From Octopus vulgaris (Eukaryota): DNA of 64,000 nucleotides. Under the pieces are notes generated by a model that was not told where the DNA came from, made no database searches, and saw only the letters and a list, made by a program, of their open reading frames with translations. A program made the position numbers and the translations under genes. The stretch spans positions 134,478,001-134,542,000 of the forward strand of contig OX597817.1 in the NCBI GenBank assembly GCA_951406725.2, given 5' to 3'. Shown here in pieces: positions 41,128 through 54,891 of this stretch; the stretch's first letter is position 1; each line of letters begins with the position of its first letter.

Positions 41128-41468
41128 AGTGCTCTAATTATTGACACAGTAATGCTAAATTACTATAATGATGCGCAGTAGTGAGTCGAAAACTAAAGGA
41201 CATCCACTGCTCCAGTTGCTGCAGAGTAAAGGAAAGTATTTGTCTTCTCATTTCTACTCGGGACAACAGCAATGGTACATAATGATTTCTGTAAGGACTT
41301 TGACGATAAACACAGAGGATGGAAATGTTCCAAAATATAGCAACACTGGCGTCTTCAAACGCTACTTAAACGTTTTAATGTACGTTTTTTTTTTTCAAAA
41401 AATACTTGTGGCTTTGAGAAAGAAAATTCTTGTAGCATAAGTAAGAAATGTTATACTACTACTACCAA

Positions 41469-43036
<1,568 letters not shown>

Positions 43037-43273
43037 CTTATTCAGGGACTTTTTGAGTTGGATGGGTTACTTGACCAGAAGAAAATTCTAACTGGGCTCC
43101 ACCTGCAAGGTCATGTGCTGTTTATCTTGATATGAGGTCACCATGTCGCGCACATATGGTTGTGATGCATGTGCCAAGTGTACCCTTATCAGACGGGTAG
43201 TCATGATGGGTATACTGGGATTCGTATGTTTTACCCCAGTGTCACTTTGATGGCATGCATTGCTCTCTCACTC

Positions 43274-43274
<1 letters not shown>
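43037..43274 (+). mobile_element. 3' end of the (TAA)n-associated retroelement, lineage C
   Basis: The last ~105 bp match 18637-18742 (minus strand). Ends directly in (TAA)n at 43274-43340. Confidence 0.7.
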
Positions 43275-43340
<66 letters not shown>

Positions 43341-43657
43341 TGCGATAAAGAAGGAAGAAAGAAAAGTTGAGAGATATGACAGGTTAGCTTGGGCCGTTAA
43401 GCAGTTGTGGTCGATGAGAAAGGTAGCAGTAGTACCAATAATTGTCGGACCTCTGGGAACAGTAAGCAAAAATCTCCAGAACTGCGTGGAACAAATAGGC
43501 TTGCGATAAGGGTGGAGCACTTGCAGAAAACAGTACTGCTTCGAACCGCTCGAATAGTCCGGAAGGTGCTCGAAAAATAAGAGGCGTTACCTCAGTTCCC
43601 TGGTAGTGAATAGCTGACACTATAGTACATCGCTAGCGTTAGAAGCTGTGCAAAGGC
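43341..43657 (+). mobile_element. R4/Dong-type LINE 3' end, lineage B
   Basis: KEERKVERYDRLAWAVKQLWSMRKVAVVPIIVGPLGTVSKNL...LQKTVLLRTARIVRKVLEK*, followed by (TGA)n. Confidence 0.8.
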
Positions 43658-44786
43658 AATGATGATGATGATGATGATGATGATGATAAGGAGGAGGAAG
43701 AGGAGGAGGAGTTTGCATCTGTCAAATTTAATCAATTTTTATTCCTTTTGCAATCTATTTTGATGTATTTAATGTCAAACTGTTTTCAGACAACGGAAGA
43801 CATTTTGAAGAAGGTTGAGGAGAAGTTTATATTCAGATTTAACGCTCCACACATAGATATGTCTGTGTGAAAGAGTGTCTGTATGTGTGTAAGTGTGTGT
43901 ATGTGTGTGTGGAAGATTGTGTTAATATATACTTCGTTATTTTATTATATTTTGTTTATAATTTACAATTAATTCCGAAACTTTATCTGTTGATCATAAA
44001 GATACAAAAATATCTCGTTTTACGACAACCGCTTTTCCATCATAAATAATGATTGTCACCAGCCCCTCTCACATTCTCCTACATCTCTCTCTCTCTCTCT
44101 CTCTCTTCTCTATCCCTCTCTCTCCTCTCTCCCTCCTCTCTCCCTCCTCTCTCTCTCACTCTTCTCTCTCTTTCTCTCTTACTCTATTGGTTTTAGTTTA
44201 TAATAATGATTATAAACAGTAATTTTCCAGGTGATTATTCAACGCTATATCTCAGTTTTCTCCAGAAACAAATATCGGCTGGCAGAGGACCGTGAAGCTG
44301 CCATTTTGACCACATATATTATGGCACAACTCAAGTGTGTCACTTTACTATTACTTTTTTCTATTATCATATCAAGTAAACTGAGAGAAGATAATGTTTC
44401 TGATAAAATACACCGCTTTAAAATTTTCTTTGCTCTTCATTTCATTCAAGCTGAACATATTTCTCTTACTGCTACCAATATATAGCTATAATTGGTTTTC
44501 TGCCCTTGCTTTATAGCGACACGTGTGGAACAGTTGCATGCTTGCCTTGGTAGATGGATGAATGATTCTGTACAATACATATATCAATTCTTGTAGCTGC
44601 ACCATTTTTCAGCCCAGTTACAAAATGTGGTACAATGCAGCTCATCCCTTCAATGTCCGTATTTATATATCTGAGACATTTAGAAATTCAATATTTCTAA
44701 TTTCGGTGATCAGTAAATAAATATTACTGATAATATGATATATTTGCAGAGAGGTTGCGGTCATCTGAGCGAGCGGGGCAGGCTAC

Positions 44787-44832
44787 CCTGAACTGACGAT
44801 GAGCGATACACTCAGAAACATATGTCCTCAGG
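44787..44832 (+). ncRNA. Type I hammerhead ribozyme with intact core
   Basis: CCTGAA-CTGACGA-TGAG cgataca CTCA-GAAA-C ATAT G-TC-CTCAGG. GUC site, predicted cut after 44826. One A-C mismatch at the base of stem I. Confidence 0.8.
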
Positions 44833-44995
44833 TGCTTAGTCCCAGCTTGCGGGGGTGATTGCCTCCGCTTTGCAAATATAAGGACACTGAAAATGTGTTA
44901 AAGCCGATAGGAGACGTCGATGTTTCCTAGGGCTAAATGGCGGTGGTGTAATTCCCTTACGGGACTGTCACATTGAGTTGACAGTATATGACCAC

Positions 44996-45027
<32 letters not shown>

Positions 45028-45172
45028 CACTCGGAGTTTTATCATGGGTACCGAATAATTGTCACATTATATTAACAGATAAATTCCTCTACTTACATAA
45101 TATCGAGGTCTCTTTCATTGTTTTGTTGTCTTACCATTTCTATCAATACATATATATATATATATATATAAA

Positions 45173-45381
45173 GCTTAGTAAAATAAATACTTTGCCGCAT
45201 ACTGAACTCATTAGAAATAGCAGCTAAAAACTTTTTTAAAGCTATTTCTAATACTTAAAGAAAATCTCTCTCATACACTATATGAGAGAGATTTTCTTTA
45301 AGCATTAGAAATAGCTTTAAAAAGTTTTTAGCTGCTATTTCTAATGAGTTCAGTATGCGGCAAATAATTTATTTACTAAGC
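45173..45381. repeat. Near-perfect palindrome with ~100-bp arms and a 5-nt spacer (fold-back element)
   Basis: 45173-45275 is the reverse complement of 45281-45381 with few differences. Spacer CACTA. Confidence 0.95.
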
Positions 45382-45487
45382 CCTTTTATATAATGTAATA
45401 ATTTGAATTCGCCTTAAATGGTCCCTTTGCATACTGAACACTTGGTGAAATTGATTAATAATTAATTAATTTTACCCTCAATTGTTG

Positions 45488-45533
<46 letters not shown>

Positions 45534-45810
45534 TATTTATATTATATATGTGTGTATATTATTTATATTATATATATACACACATATATATACATATATA
45601 TATATATGATGAACTAGGCTATAAACTGACCCCATAAAAACAAAAAAAAAAATCAGTGACAGGCAGAGTCTGTAACAATGTATATCTTCTTGAAATGCTT
45701 GGAGTAAGAACACCGCGTTCTTTGTCTATCTCTTTAACTTCTTGGGGATTCTAGGTATAAGTATACTAATATGTCTATCTGTTCTAATTTAATTAAATTC
45801 TATGTCCTTG

Positions 45811-45905
45811 TGCAGCTGAAGATTGCTCTGCATTTTAAATTGATGTTATGAGTGCATTATTCAATTATTCAATTAAATGGAGTTGCATGAAACGATCGTA
45901 CTGCA
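45811..45905 (+). ncRNA. Type I hammerhead ribozyme with a long stem II insertion
   Basis: TGCAG-CTGAAGA-TTGC...GCAT-GAAA-C GATC G-TA-CTGCA. Perfect 5-bp stem I. GUA site, predicted cut after 45900. Confidence 0.75.
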
Positions 45906-46033
45906 TTACCTCTGAATATGCTTGTTGCTTATATATATATATATATATATATATGTTAAACAGGACGTCAAACGTTAAGGCAAGGCAAACATCTCAAGTC
46001 ATATACAATATTATTATGGGAAAAAATTTAAAA

Positions 46034-46089
46034 ATCTTACAATTGTTTTTGGAATATCCTCGAGCATGGAATATTCCATCGTCAGAGAC
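46034..46089 (-). ncRNA. Type I hammerhead ribozyme with GAAA mutated to AAAA (likely inactive)
   Basis: Minus strand: GTCT-CTGACGA-TGGAATATT ccatgctcgag GATATTCCA-AAAA-C AATT G-TA-AGAT. 9-bp stem II. Confidence 0.7.
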
Positions 46090-47571
46090 AAATTGGGGGG
46101 GGTATGGTAAACGAGAATGGTATATATCAATAAAATGACAGCATAGAGGAAGGGAGTAAAATAATATAGAAATAAAAAGAGAGAGGCGAAAAAGAGGCTT
46201 ATAAGTTCATAGTTCAATTTCCGAAGTTATAGAAACCAGGGCATGAGCCCTTAGGTATAATCCTGCGTAGATCCATGGGTGTAAGTCTTTAGGTGCAATC
46301 CTGTATAGATCCATGTCGGTTAAAGTCCTTATTTAGCAGACATCCCAAGAAAAAAACGCCAACATATCAGTGTTCAATAACAAAATGGTAGCAGAGGTGG
46401 CTGTTAATTGGTAAAAGTAGAGAAAAGAAAAGAAATAGAAAGAGGGGTAGATAGCGTGAGGTAGGGGGATTTTAAGGATTGGCTATAGGATAAAGTAAAG
46501 TGCATATGTGTAAGGTGTCTAGGAATTGTGTATGGGGTAGTCGAGAAGATAAGAGAGAAGATAAGGTGGTAAAGGAAGATACGGTAAAAAAAGAGCGAAA
46601 TGAAAGGAATTTAAAGAGAGTACTAGATATCTGGTAGTTTCAAAGTCTAAAGTTGTTGGGGAGAAAATTTGGTAGTAATTACTTGTGTCCATCCTGGCTA
46701 AGGTCAGTGGCTGGACAGTTATTTTTAGCAATGGGGCTGTGTGAGCGTAGGTATTCGAGAAAGGAAGAGCTGATTGAATATGAAATTATTTATGAGTAGG
46801 AGTTAGAATTAGGGATTTGTATTAGGGATTTTGGGGGTTAAGGTTTAAAATAAATTAAGGATGAATTAAAGAATTAATATTTATCTCAAGCATGGTGAGG
46901 TACGGCAGATAGATATGAGGTAAGACATAAAATACAAATAAGAGTTATAGAGATATAGAAGTATACGTTAATGATCATAGGGGTATTATGTGGGTGATAT
47001 TAGTGGCGGGGTGAGCTTACATTTAGATTTATGAAAGAATTTAAAAGTGCGGAAGAATTTGTGCTTACAAGTATTGAAGGCCTCGTTGTATTTATAAAAA
47101 GGCCAAGAAATATATCTTTAAACCACGTTTTGATAAATCCAATAACGGAAGATATAGAATCTGGCTGTTAAATGGTAAGTGACATTGAAAACCTCTAGAG
47201 CATTAATAGTCTCTGTTCCCCCTACCCCTCTAACTTCAACCTACTAGCTTTTTGCTATAATACACTCAAATGTATCTAAACTGAATGAGGATGGGTTTAT
47301 GGTTTTCACATTTGTACTACCCCTTCCTATATCTATAAATAGAAAAAATTCTTGTTTGTCTCCATTCAACCAAGAATAAAACCCCCTCCTCACTGACAGA
47401 TCTAAACAATAAAGGGAACTTAATGATAAAAATCTACTAGAGTGAACATACTACTAGCATGTTCTTAAGAATGAAATCAACCTCTCTCTATATATCTACC
47501 CTCTTTATAATGTTGGCAAATGAAACAGGGATAAGAATGTGCATTGTCCGTTTAATTGGAAAATTCTATAA

Positions 47572-47657
47572 ATGGCTGAAGATTGCTCGACATTTTAAAA
47601 CTGATGTAATACTTACAGTGTTTAATAAAATGAAGTAGCATGAAACAATTTTACTAT
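47572..47657 (+). ncRNA. Type I hammerhead ribozyme, paralogue of 45811-45905, with stem III G mutated
   Basis: ATGG-CTGAAGA-TTGCT...AGCAT-GAAA-C AATT T-TA-CTAT. Shares GCTGAAGATTGCTC, CATTTTAAA, TGATGT and GCATGAAAC with the 45811 copy. Confidence 0.65.
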
Positions 47658-47994
47658 TCTGCCTAGCATGACCATACGTGTTCTGTCTCTGCCTTCGAAA
47701 CACGTGTCTGCGAGCGACAGATGATGAAGGGGATTTTTCCTTGTGCAGCATGTCCTGTACTTCGTTTTTCTGCTGCACATAATTGTTTTTCCCGTTTTCG
47801 TTTTCATTTCGTCTTGTTCCACGTCTCTGTCCTTCTGTTGTAAAAAAATGGCTTTTTCGTTTTCGTTCTGTTGATTTTTACGTCTTCTTGTGATGTCCTG
47901 TACGTATATATATATTTATATATGCATGTATATATACATGTAGATGTCGGTACGTACAGATATGTTTGTATGTATGCATATATTTTATTTATTA

Positions 47995-48034
<40 letters not shown>

Positions 48035-48036
<2 letters not shown>

Positions 48037-48200
48037 GACGGGTTTCTTTCAGTTTCCGTCTATGAAATCCACTCACAAAGCATTGGTCGACCCGAATCTA
48101 TAGTAGAAGACACTTGCTCTCAAGTTCCAGCGCGATGAGTCTGAAGTCAGAGCCATGAGGTTTGGAGCCAAGCTTCTTACCAAACACCCACGTCTGCACC
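48035..48200 (-). mobile_element. SINE family A, 5' half
   Basis: CGACGGGTTTCTTTCAGTTTCCGTCTA...CTATAGTAGAAGACACTTGC. Confidence 0.75.
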
Positions 48201-48314
48201 TTTATTATAAATAGCTATTCTTAAACGCCACCCGATAACCACAGTTATTTCATGTATTATATGTAGAAATCTCCCCCCGCCCTATTGTCTCTTTTTTAAC
48301 TCTTTTCCATAATG

Positions 48315-48374
<60 letters not shown>

Positions 48375-48376
<2 letters not shown>

Positions 48377-48712
48377 GGTAAAGACCCCCTTCGGTCATGA
48401 ATGACCATGGGATTGCACCTAGAAAGTTACCCTCCTAGACACAAGTCCGGGCAAGGTTGTTTATGGAAGACCAGCAGTCGCCCATGCATACCGGCCTCCC
48501 CTCTCCACGCCACCAGTGTTATCCAAGGGAAAGACAAAGGTCGATACAGCTTGGAACCAGTGACGTCGCAACTCATTTCTACAGCTGAGTGAACTGGAGC
48601 AACGTGAAATAAAGTGTTTTGCTCAAGAATACAACACGCAGCCCGGTCCGGGATTCGAGCTCACAACCTCACGATCGTAAGCTCGACGCTCTAACCACTG
48701 AGCCATGCGCCT
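48375..48712 (-). mobile_element. tRNA-derived SINE, family C, inserted in (TA)n
   Basis: Head GGCGCATGGCTCAGTGGTTAGAGCG...GAGCTCGAATCCCGG with clear A and B boxes. (TA)n on both sides. Head-only relatives at about 37283-37385 and 40625-40712. Confidence 0.85.
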
Positions 48713-48860
48713 TATATATATATATATGCTAGCTGATGATGATTGTAGACTGTCCGAAACCTTATATATTGATAAAAGAAACGTGTTCAGAATACGAATA
48801 ACAGTGGGAAAAAGTAATTTCTCAAATGACTAATAACATGAGTATTATCTTTCTAATGGA

Positions 48861-49240
48861 AGCACTCCGTCGGTTACGACGACGAGGATTCCGGTTGATC
48901 CGAATCAACGGAACAGCCTTCTCGTAAAATTAACGTGTAAGTGGCTGAGCACTCCACAGACACGTGTACCCTTAACGTAGTTCTCGGGGATATTCAGCGT
49001 GACACAGAGAGTGACAAGGCCGGCCCTTTGAAATACAGGTACAACAGAAACAGGAAGTAAGAGTGAGAAAAAGTTGTGGTGAAAGAGTACAGCAGGGATC
49101 ACCACCAACCCCTGCCGGAGCCTCGTGGAGCTTTAGGTGTTTTCGCTCAATAAACACTCACAACGCCCGGTCTGGGAGTCGAAACCGCGATCCTATGACC
49201 GCGAGTCCGCTGCCCTAACCACTGGGCCATTGCGCCTCCA
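48861..49240 (-). mobile_element. tRNA-derived SINE, family D
   Basis: Head GGCGCAATGGCCCAGTGGTTAGGGCAGCGG...GGTTTCGACTCCC. The tail is shared with 36531-36700. Confidence 0.85.
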
Positions 49241-49631
49241 CTATATTTCTAATATTGTCACAAACACACATTTTATTTTAGATTATACCACCGCCAGTAT
49301 TTGACTGGAATTTGTCCTCTCGTATTCGTAATGTTAAAAATTAAAGTCGTTCTCAGAACGATTTGAAATCAGAAATAAAAGGACTGCAACTACATATTGT
49401 TATGCGCCTGTGTAAGAGGATCTGTCAAGCTAATAACGCAGTATTTGATGTTCAAACAAGTCATCCATGTTAAGTTGGATGTAAAGATTACCTTTTGGTA
49501 GAAACACTGCTGCTTTCTGTCGCTAATAATTAATTTTTTAATAGGCCTGCTGGTTGTTTGCGGCATCAGTATTTGAAGTGATGCCAAATTTCTATATATA
49601 GTAGCAGCGCGATTTAACTGAAATGCGATGA

Positions 49632-49692
49632 CCGGATGTTTCCCACTGACGATTTTCCTATAGAATGAAATCACGTGATGTGGGAATTCCGG
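49632..49692 (+). ncRNA. Type I hammerhead-like fold with G at the cleavage position
   Basis: CCGGA tgt TTCCCA-CTGACGA-ttttcctatagaat-GAAA-TC ACGT GA-TG-TGGGAA t TCCGG. 6+5-bp stem I, palindromic stem III, weak stem II. Confidence 0.6.
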
Positions 49693-50513
49693 CGCCCATG
49701 ACAGACGATGTGTGTGCGTTTATGCAACAAGCGCCTACATCAGAGGATCTCTCAAGGTTAATAACGCTGTATCCAGCATTCTAACAAGATATCCATGAAA
49801 AGTTTTATTATTACCTATTATTATGCATTTTGTCTGATATTCTACCGATTCTGCCAATCCACATCTGCCAAACTCACACGAAGGAAACTAAACAATTTAG
49901 TTATATATTTCACATTCACTTATCTCCTTCAGAAGCGACCAGTGAACTTCTTGTTATCAAACAGCCTCTCAGGCAATTGTCTCAATATAACAATGGGTTC
50001 CGTTTCATCTAACTGCATCTCAACAAATATTCACTTATACCCACCCTTTTAACTCCTTCAGTTTCTTCTCTTCCTAAAATCTCTCACTAAACCCCATATA
50101 AAATTCTCATTCATGAAAACAATATACGTTTATCTTATCTCCATAATATTGCCAAATATTAACATCCAATGTTTCTTATCCATTAACTTCACTTATGCAC
50201 CACCGTAGCCTAAAGGCAAAAACCATTTCCTCATCGCCATCACCACCAACTTCCTCAAAATAAAAGCAAGAAGGAGGTTAGTGAAGCAGAGAATGTCTAT
50301 TTATGACGATTCTAAACTTACCATAAAACCGAACAGAACCCAATATTTGTATATGAGTGTTTATTTGAGCTTTTATTATTACGGACTGGCAGAGCACTTC
50401 TTACCTGTACCAGATGCTTTCATCGCCTGTTTAATACATATGTGTGGAAAATACGTTCAATGATGCTTAACTTCGGTGCTTTCTAAAAGAGAAAACCATA
50501 AAAAGTACCAAGA

Positions 50514-50697
50514 TTTATTAGAATATTGATTTCTAATATTGACACAAGGCCACCACTTTTCGGGTAGGGAACAATCGATTAAATCAACTACCTAGCCCTC
50601 CCACCACCACCACTTCTACCTCCATTACTTGTTGTGATTAGTAGAATATTAATGACTTTGTTCGTTGTTTTTCTTGTTGCAGAGAATGAGCTCTGAT
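50514..50697 (+). repeat. Source copy of an exact 184-bp direct duplication
   Basis: Identical by eye to 53557-53740. Confidence 0.9.
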
Positions 50698-51112
50698 TCC
50701 AAGAGTCATTGACCAAAACGCTGACTGAATCCTCGTTGATAGTTTCTTTCTAGAACTAATTTTGACAGAAATTTTGTCAAAAGGTGACTCACCCTAGACT
50801 GACGATCTTGGTTAATGTCTCTCCACCCATGCCACCTCATCCAATCACATTCTCTTCCTCCCCACCATCTTTAATGTCCTCAACCCTTTCCTTGTGATAA
50901 ATATGTCGCTGAATTATTCCTCTTCACAATGAAGTCCCTCTGTAGGTCTTTCCCAACTCTAGGTCAGGTCAAACTGGACTTTAACTGACACAGGATCACA
51001 AGTCTTAGGGCAACTCAAAGCTTATTGTTACTGTTTGTCAATTCCCAGCTGTTCATTCATTCACTCATTCTTCTTCTTCTCCTTCTTCTTCTCTTCCTCC
51101 TCCTCCTCCTCC

Positions 51113-51908
<796 letters not shown>

Positions 51909-51931
51909 CATCATTATTATCACTATTATTG

Positions 51932-51987
<56 letters not shown>

Positions 51988-51988
<1 letters not shown>

Positions 51989-54388
51989 TATGTTTGACTT
52001 TTGCTTTATATTTGTACAAGTTGGCTCCAAGTCTCACCAAGAGACCTCAAGAGACAACATGTTGTTGTTATGCCTAGTGTGCCATATATTTGGGGGTTTT
52101 TTGTGTTGTACTAGTGAATGCCTAAAAAAGCATCCGAAATTTATGTTTGTTTTAAAACTTGAGATTACATAGAAAGTATTTTGCGTAGGATATGAGCAGT
52201 TCCCATGAGCACTATCTTTTGAATTTCTGCCATTTTGGGGTTTCCTGGTATCTGAGTTAGGTAGCAATCAGCCACTTTTGCTATCATTCCCAGGGCACCT
52301 ATGACAACAGGTATTGTCTTAGTCTTCAGGTTCCACATTTTGCTGATTTCTATTTCAAGATCTTTATATTTGCTCAGTTTTCAGTAAGTCTTGACAGATA
52401 CGTTTATATCGATTGGGACAGTCATATCAATGAAGAGGCATGTTCTTTGTGTGAAGTCTTTCAATATGATGTCAGGCCTATTTGCATCTATCTTTCTGTC
52501 AGTTTGAATGGTGAAGTTCCAGAGGAGTGAGATGTGGTCATTTTCAGGCACTGGAGGTGGTTTGTGTTCCCACCAGTTTTTTCATGGGGCAAATCCAGGC
52601 TTTTGCAAATTACCCAGTGAATATATAGTGCAGCTCTATCATGCCTGTTGAGATACTCTGTAGGCGCGAGAAGACTGCACTTGGAGACAACATGATCAAT
52701 GGTTTCATTTTGTTGTTGACATACACGAAATATTGGGCAACTGCCGTTCTTTAATATGTTGGCCTGGTAGATTCTTGTTGGTAGGCATGGACCTTGCAAT
52801 GATAAATCCTTCTGTTTCAGATTTTAAGCCTGAGGCCATTAGCCACTGATGGGTCATGGCTTTGTCAACATCTGCATTATTCACTCTCTTTGGGTATTTG
52901 CCATAGAGAGCTTTTTCTAGCCATTTATCATTCAGAATATCTAAGGCCGCAGTTTTAGCACGGGCTTTCATGCGCTTAGCGTTTTCTGTGCTTGTTTCTT
53001 GTATGTCTAATTCCGAAATTTGTTGTATTTGAAATTCGCTTAGATATTCCTTTGCCTGTTTTGATACTGAGTATGATGCTTTCTTGTTGTCGTGGTTTGA
53101 GACAAGTTTTAACATCCAGTCCTCAGAGGCTTTCAGGTTGGTGGCTAGGCCAATTGTAGCAATCTTCATTGTTATTGCCAGTTGTAAAAGTCCACGGCCT
53201 CCCTCTTTTCTTGGCAGATAAAGTCGTTCTGTATCTGCCTTAGGCTGGTGCATTCAATGCATTGTCAACGGTTTTCGTATTTTTCTGTGAAGATTACATA
53301 TTTCAGTAATTGACCAGTTAACGATGCTGAAAATGTAAGTCACGACTGGTATGGCTAAAGCATTGATCGCTTCGATCCTGTTTCTCGCATTCAGCTTTGT
53401 CTTGAGTATTACTCTTACTCTGCAATAACATTCTCTCCTGATCCTTTCCTTCATCACTGAATGCCTTATTCCTTCCCCGTCAATTGCCCCTAGGTACTTG
53501 TAGCCCTCCGCTAGGTCTAATTCTTTTATGACATTCTGCTGGTCAAGGTTAGATGTTTTATTAGAATATTGATTTCTAATATTGACACAAGGCCACCACT
53601 TTTCGGGTAGGGAACAATCGATTAAATCAACTACCTAGCCCTCCCACCACCACCACTTCTACCTCCATTACTTGTTGTGATTAGTAGAATATTAATGACT
53701 TTGTTCGTTGTTTTTCTTGTTGCAGAGAATGAGCTCTGATAAAGGTAGCTTTTGCACATTTATCGAAGCCAAATTGCATTCAGATGTCATCACTGAATTG
53801 TTTGACAATCGCTAGTAAGCCCTTGAGTTGTTGGTCATTTTTTGCGAAGAGCTTTAAATCATCCATGTAAATGAGATGATTTATATTTTTATCAAACATT
53901 TTATATCCGTAGTGCGCGTCATTGAGCAGTTTTGAGAGAGGTATTAAGGCTAAACAAAAGAGGAGTGGTGATAGTGAGTCACCCTGGAAAATGCTACTTA
54001 AATTTTTACATCACCAGCATTTAGAGATTCATTGTCACTGTTCAAAGTTAGTGTGGTTCTCCATGATCTCATACTTACAGACAATACGTTTCGCAGTGTA
54101 GGTGCTATTTTATACATTTCCAGGTATTTCTTAATCCAGATATGTGGTAGGCTATCAAAAGCCTTTTTATAGTCTATCCAGTCTATTGCTGCTGTCTGTT
54201 AAAAAACTATAGGTATATTCCGTCAAGACAGATGTTAGCGATTTATACACAGTTGTTAAGCAGGTGATGGGTCTATAGTTTTTTGGTTCATTTGTTTTTC
54301 ACTTTTTGGAAGCAGGAATGTTAAACCATTAACTAGCCAAGGAGGCATCCTACTAGGGCGTTGCAAAACATCATTGAAAAAGTTTTAC

Positions 54389-54389
<1 letters not shown>
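51988..54389 (-). mobile_element. R4/Dong-type LINE, lineage A, longer 5'-truncated pseudo-copy (RT, Zn knuckle, RLE)
   Basis: PKNYRPITCL, WIDYKKAFDSLPH, FQGDSLSPLLFCLAL, HLIYMDDLKLFA, YKYLG, LYLPRKEGGRGL, RHD, RPDI. (TAA)n arrays at both ends (51844-51987 and 54390-54530). Interrupted by the 184-bp insert. Confidence 0.92.
53557..53740 (+). repeat. Inserted copy of 50514-50697 within the Dong RT domain
   Basis: Splits KCAKATFI from TSNLDQQNVIKELD. Confidence 0.9.
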
Positions 54390-54448
<59 letters not shown>

Positions 54449-54844
54449 TACTATTATTATTATTATTATCATTATTATTATTATTATTATTAGTAGTAGT
54501 AGTATTATTATTATTGCTCTTATTATTATACGCCACTTGTTATTGTTTATGCTATGCTACGTATGTTGTCCGCTAAACCTGAGAGAGTTCCATCAATTAA
54601 CTTATTTTAATCATAGATTTCCTTTCAGAAATCAATACTCAAATGTGACTTTCGTATGTTCTTATCTATATTTTACATTCTCTCCTTCTGTTTCCCTCTG
54701 TTACCCTCCCTTCCTAACTTCACTTACGTTTCTTTATCTTACTCTTTCTCATTCGCCTCTTCTTATCAATCAGTTCTAACGGATTTATATATATATATAA
54801 TACATCTAAGTGTATGTGTGTAAATGTGTGTATGTGCGTGTGTG

Positions 54845-54891
<47 letters not shown>

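Noticed and set aside
48730-48795. CTGATGA followed by two GAAAC motifs
   Set aside because: Neither GAAAC yields consistent stems I and III.
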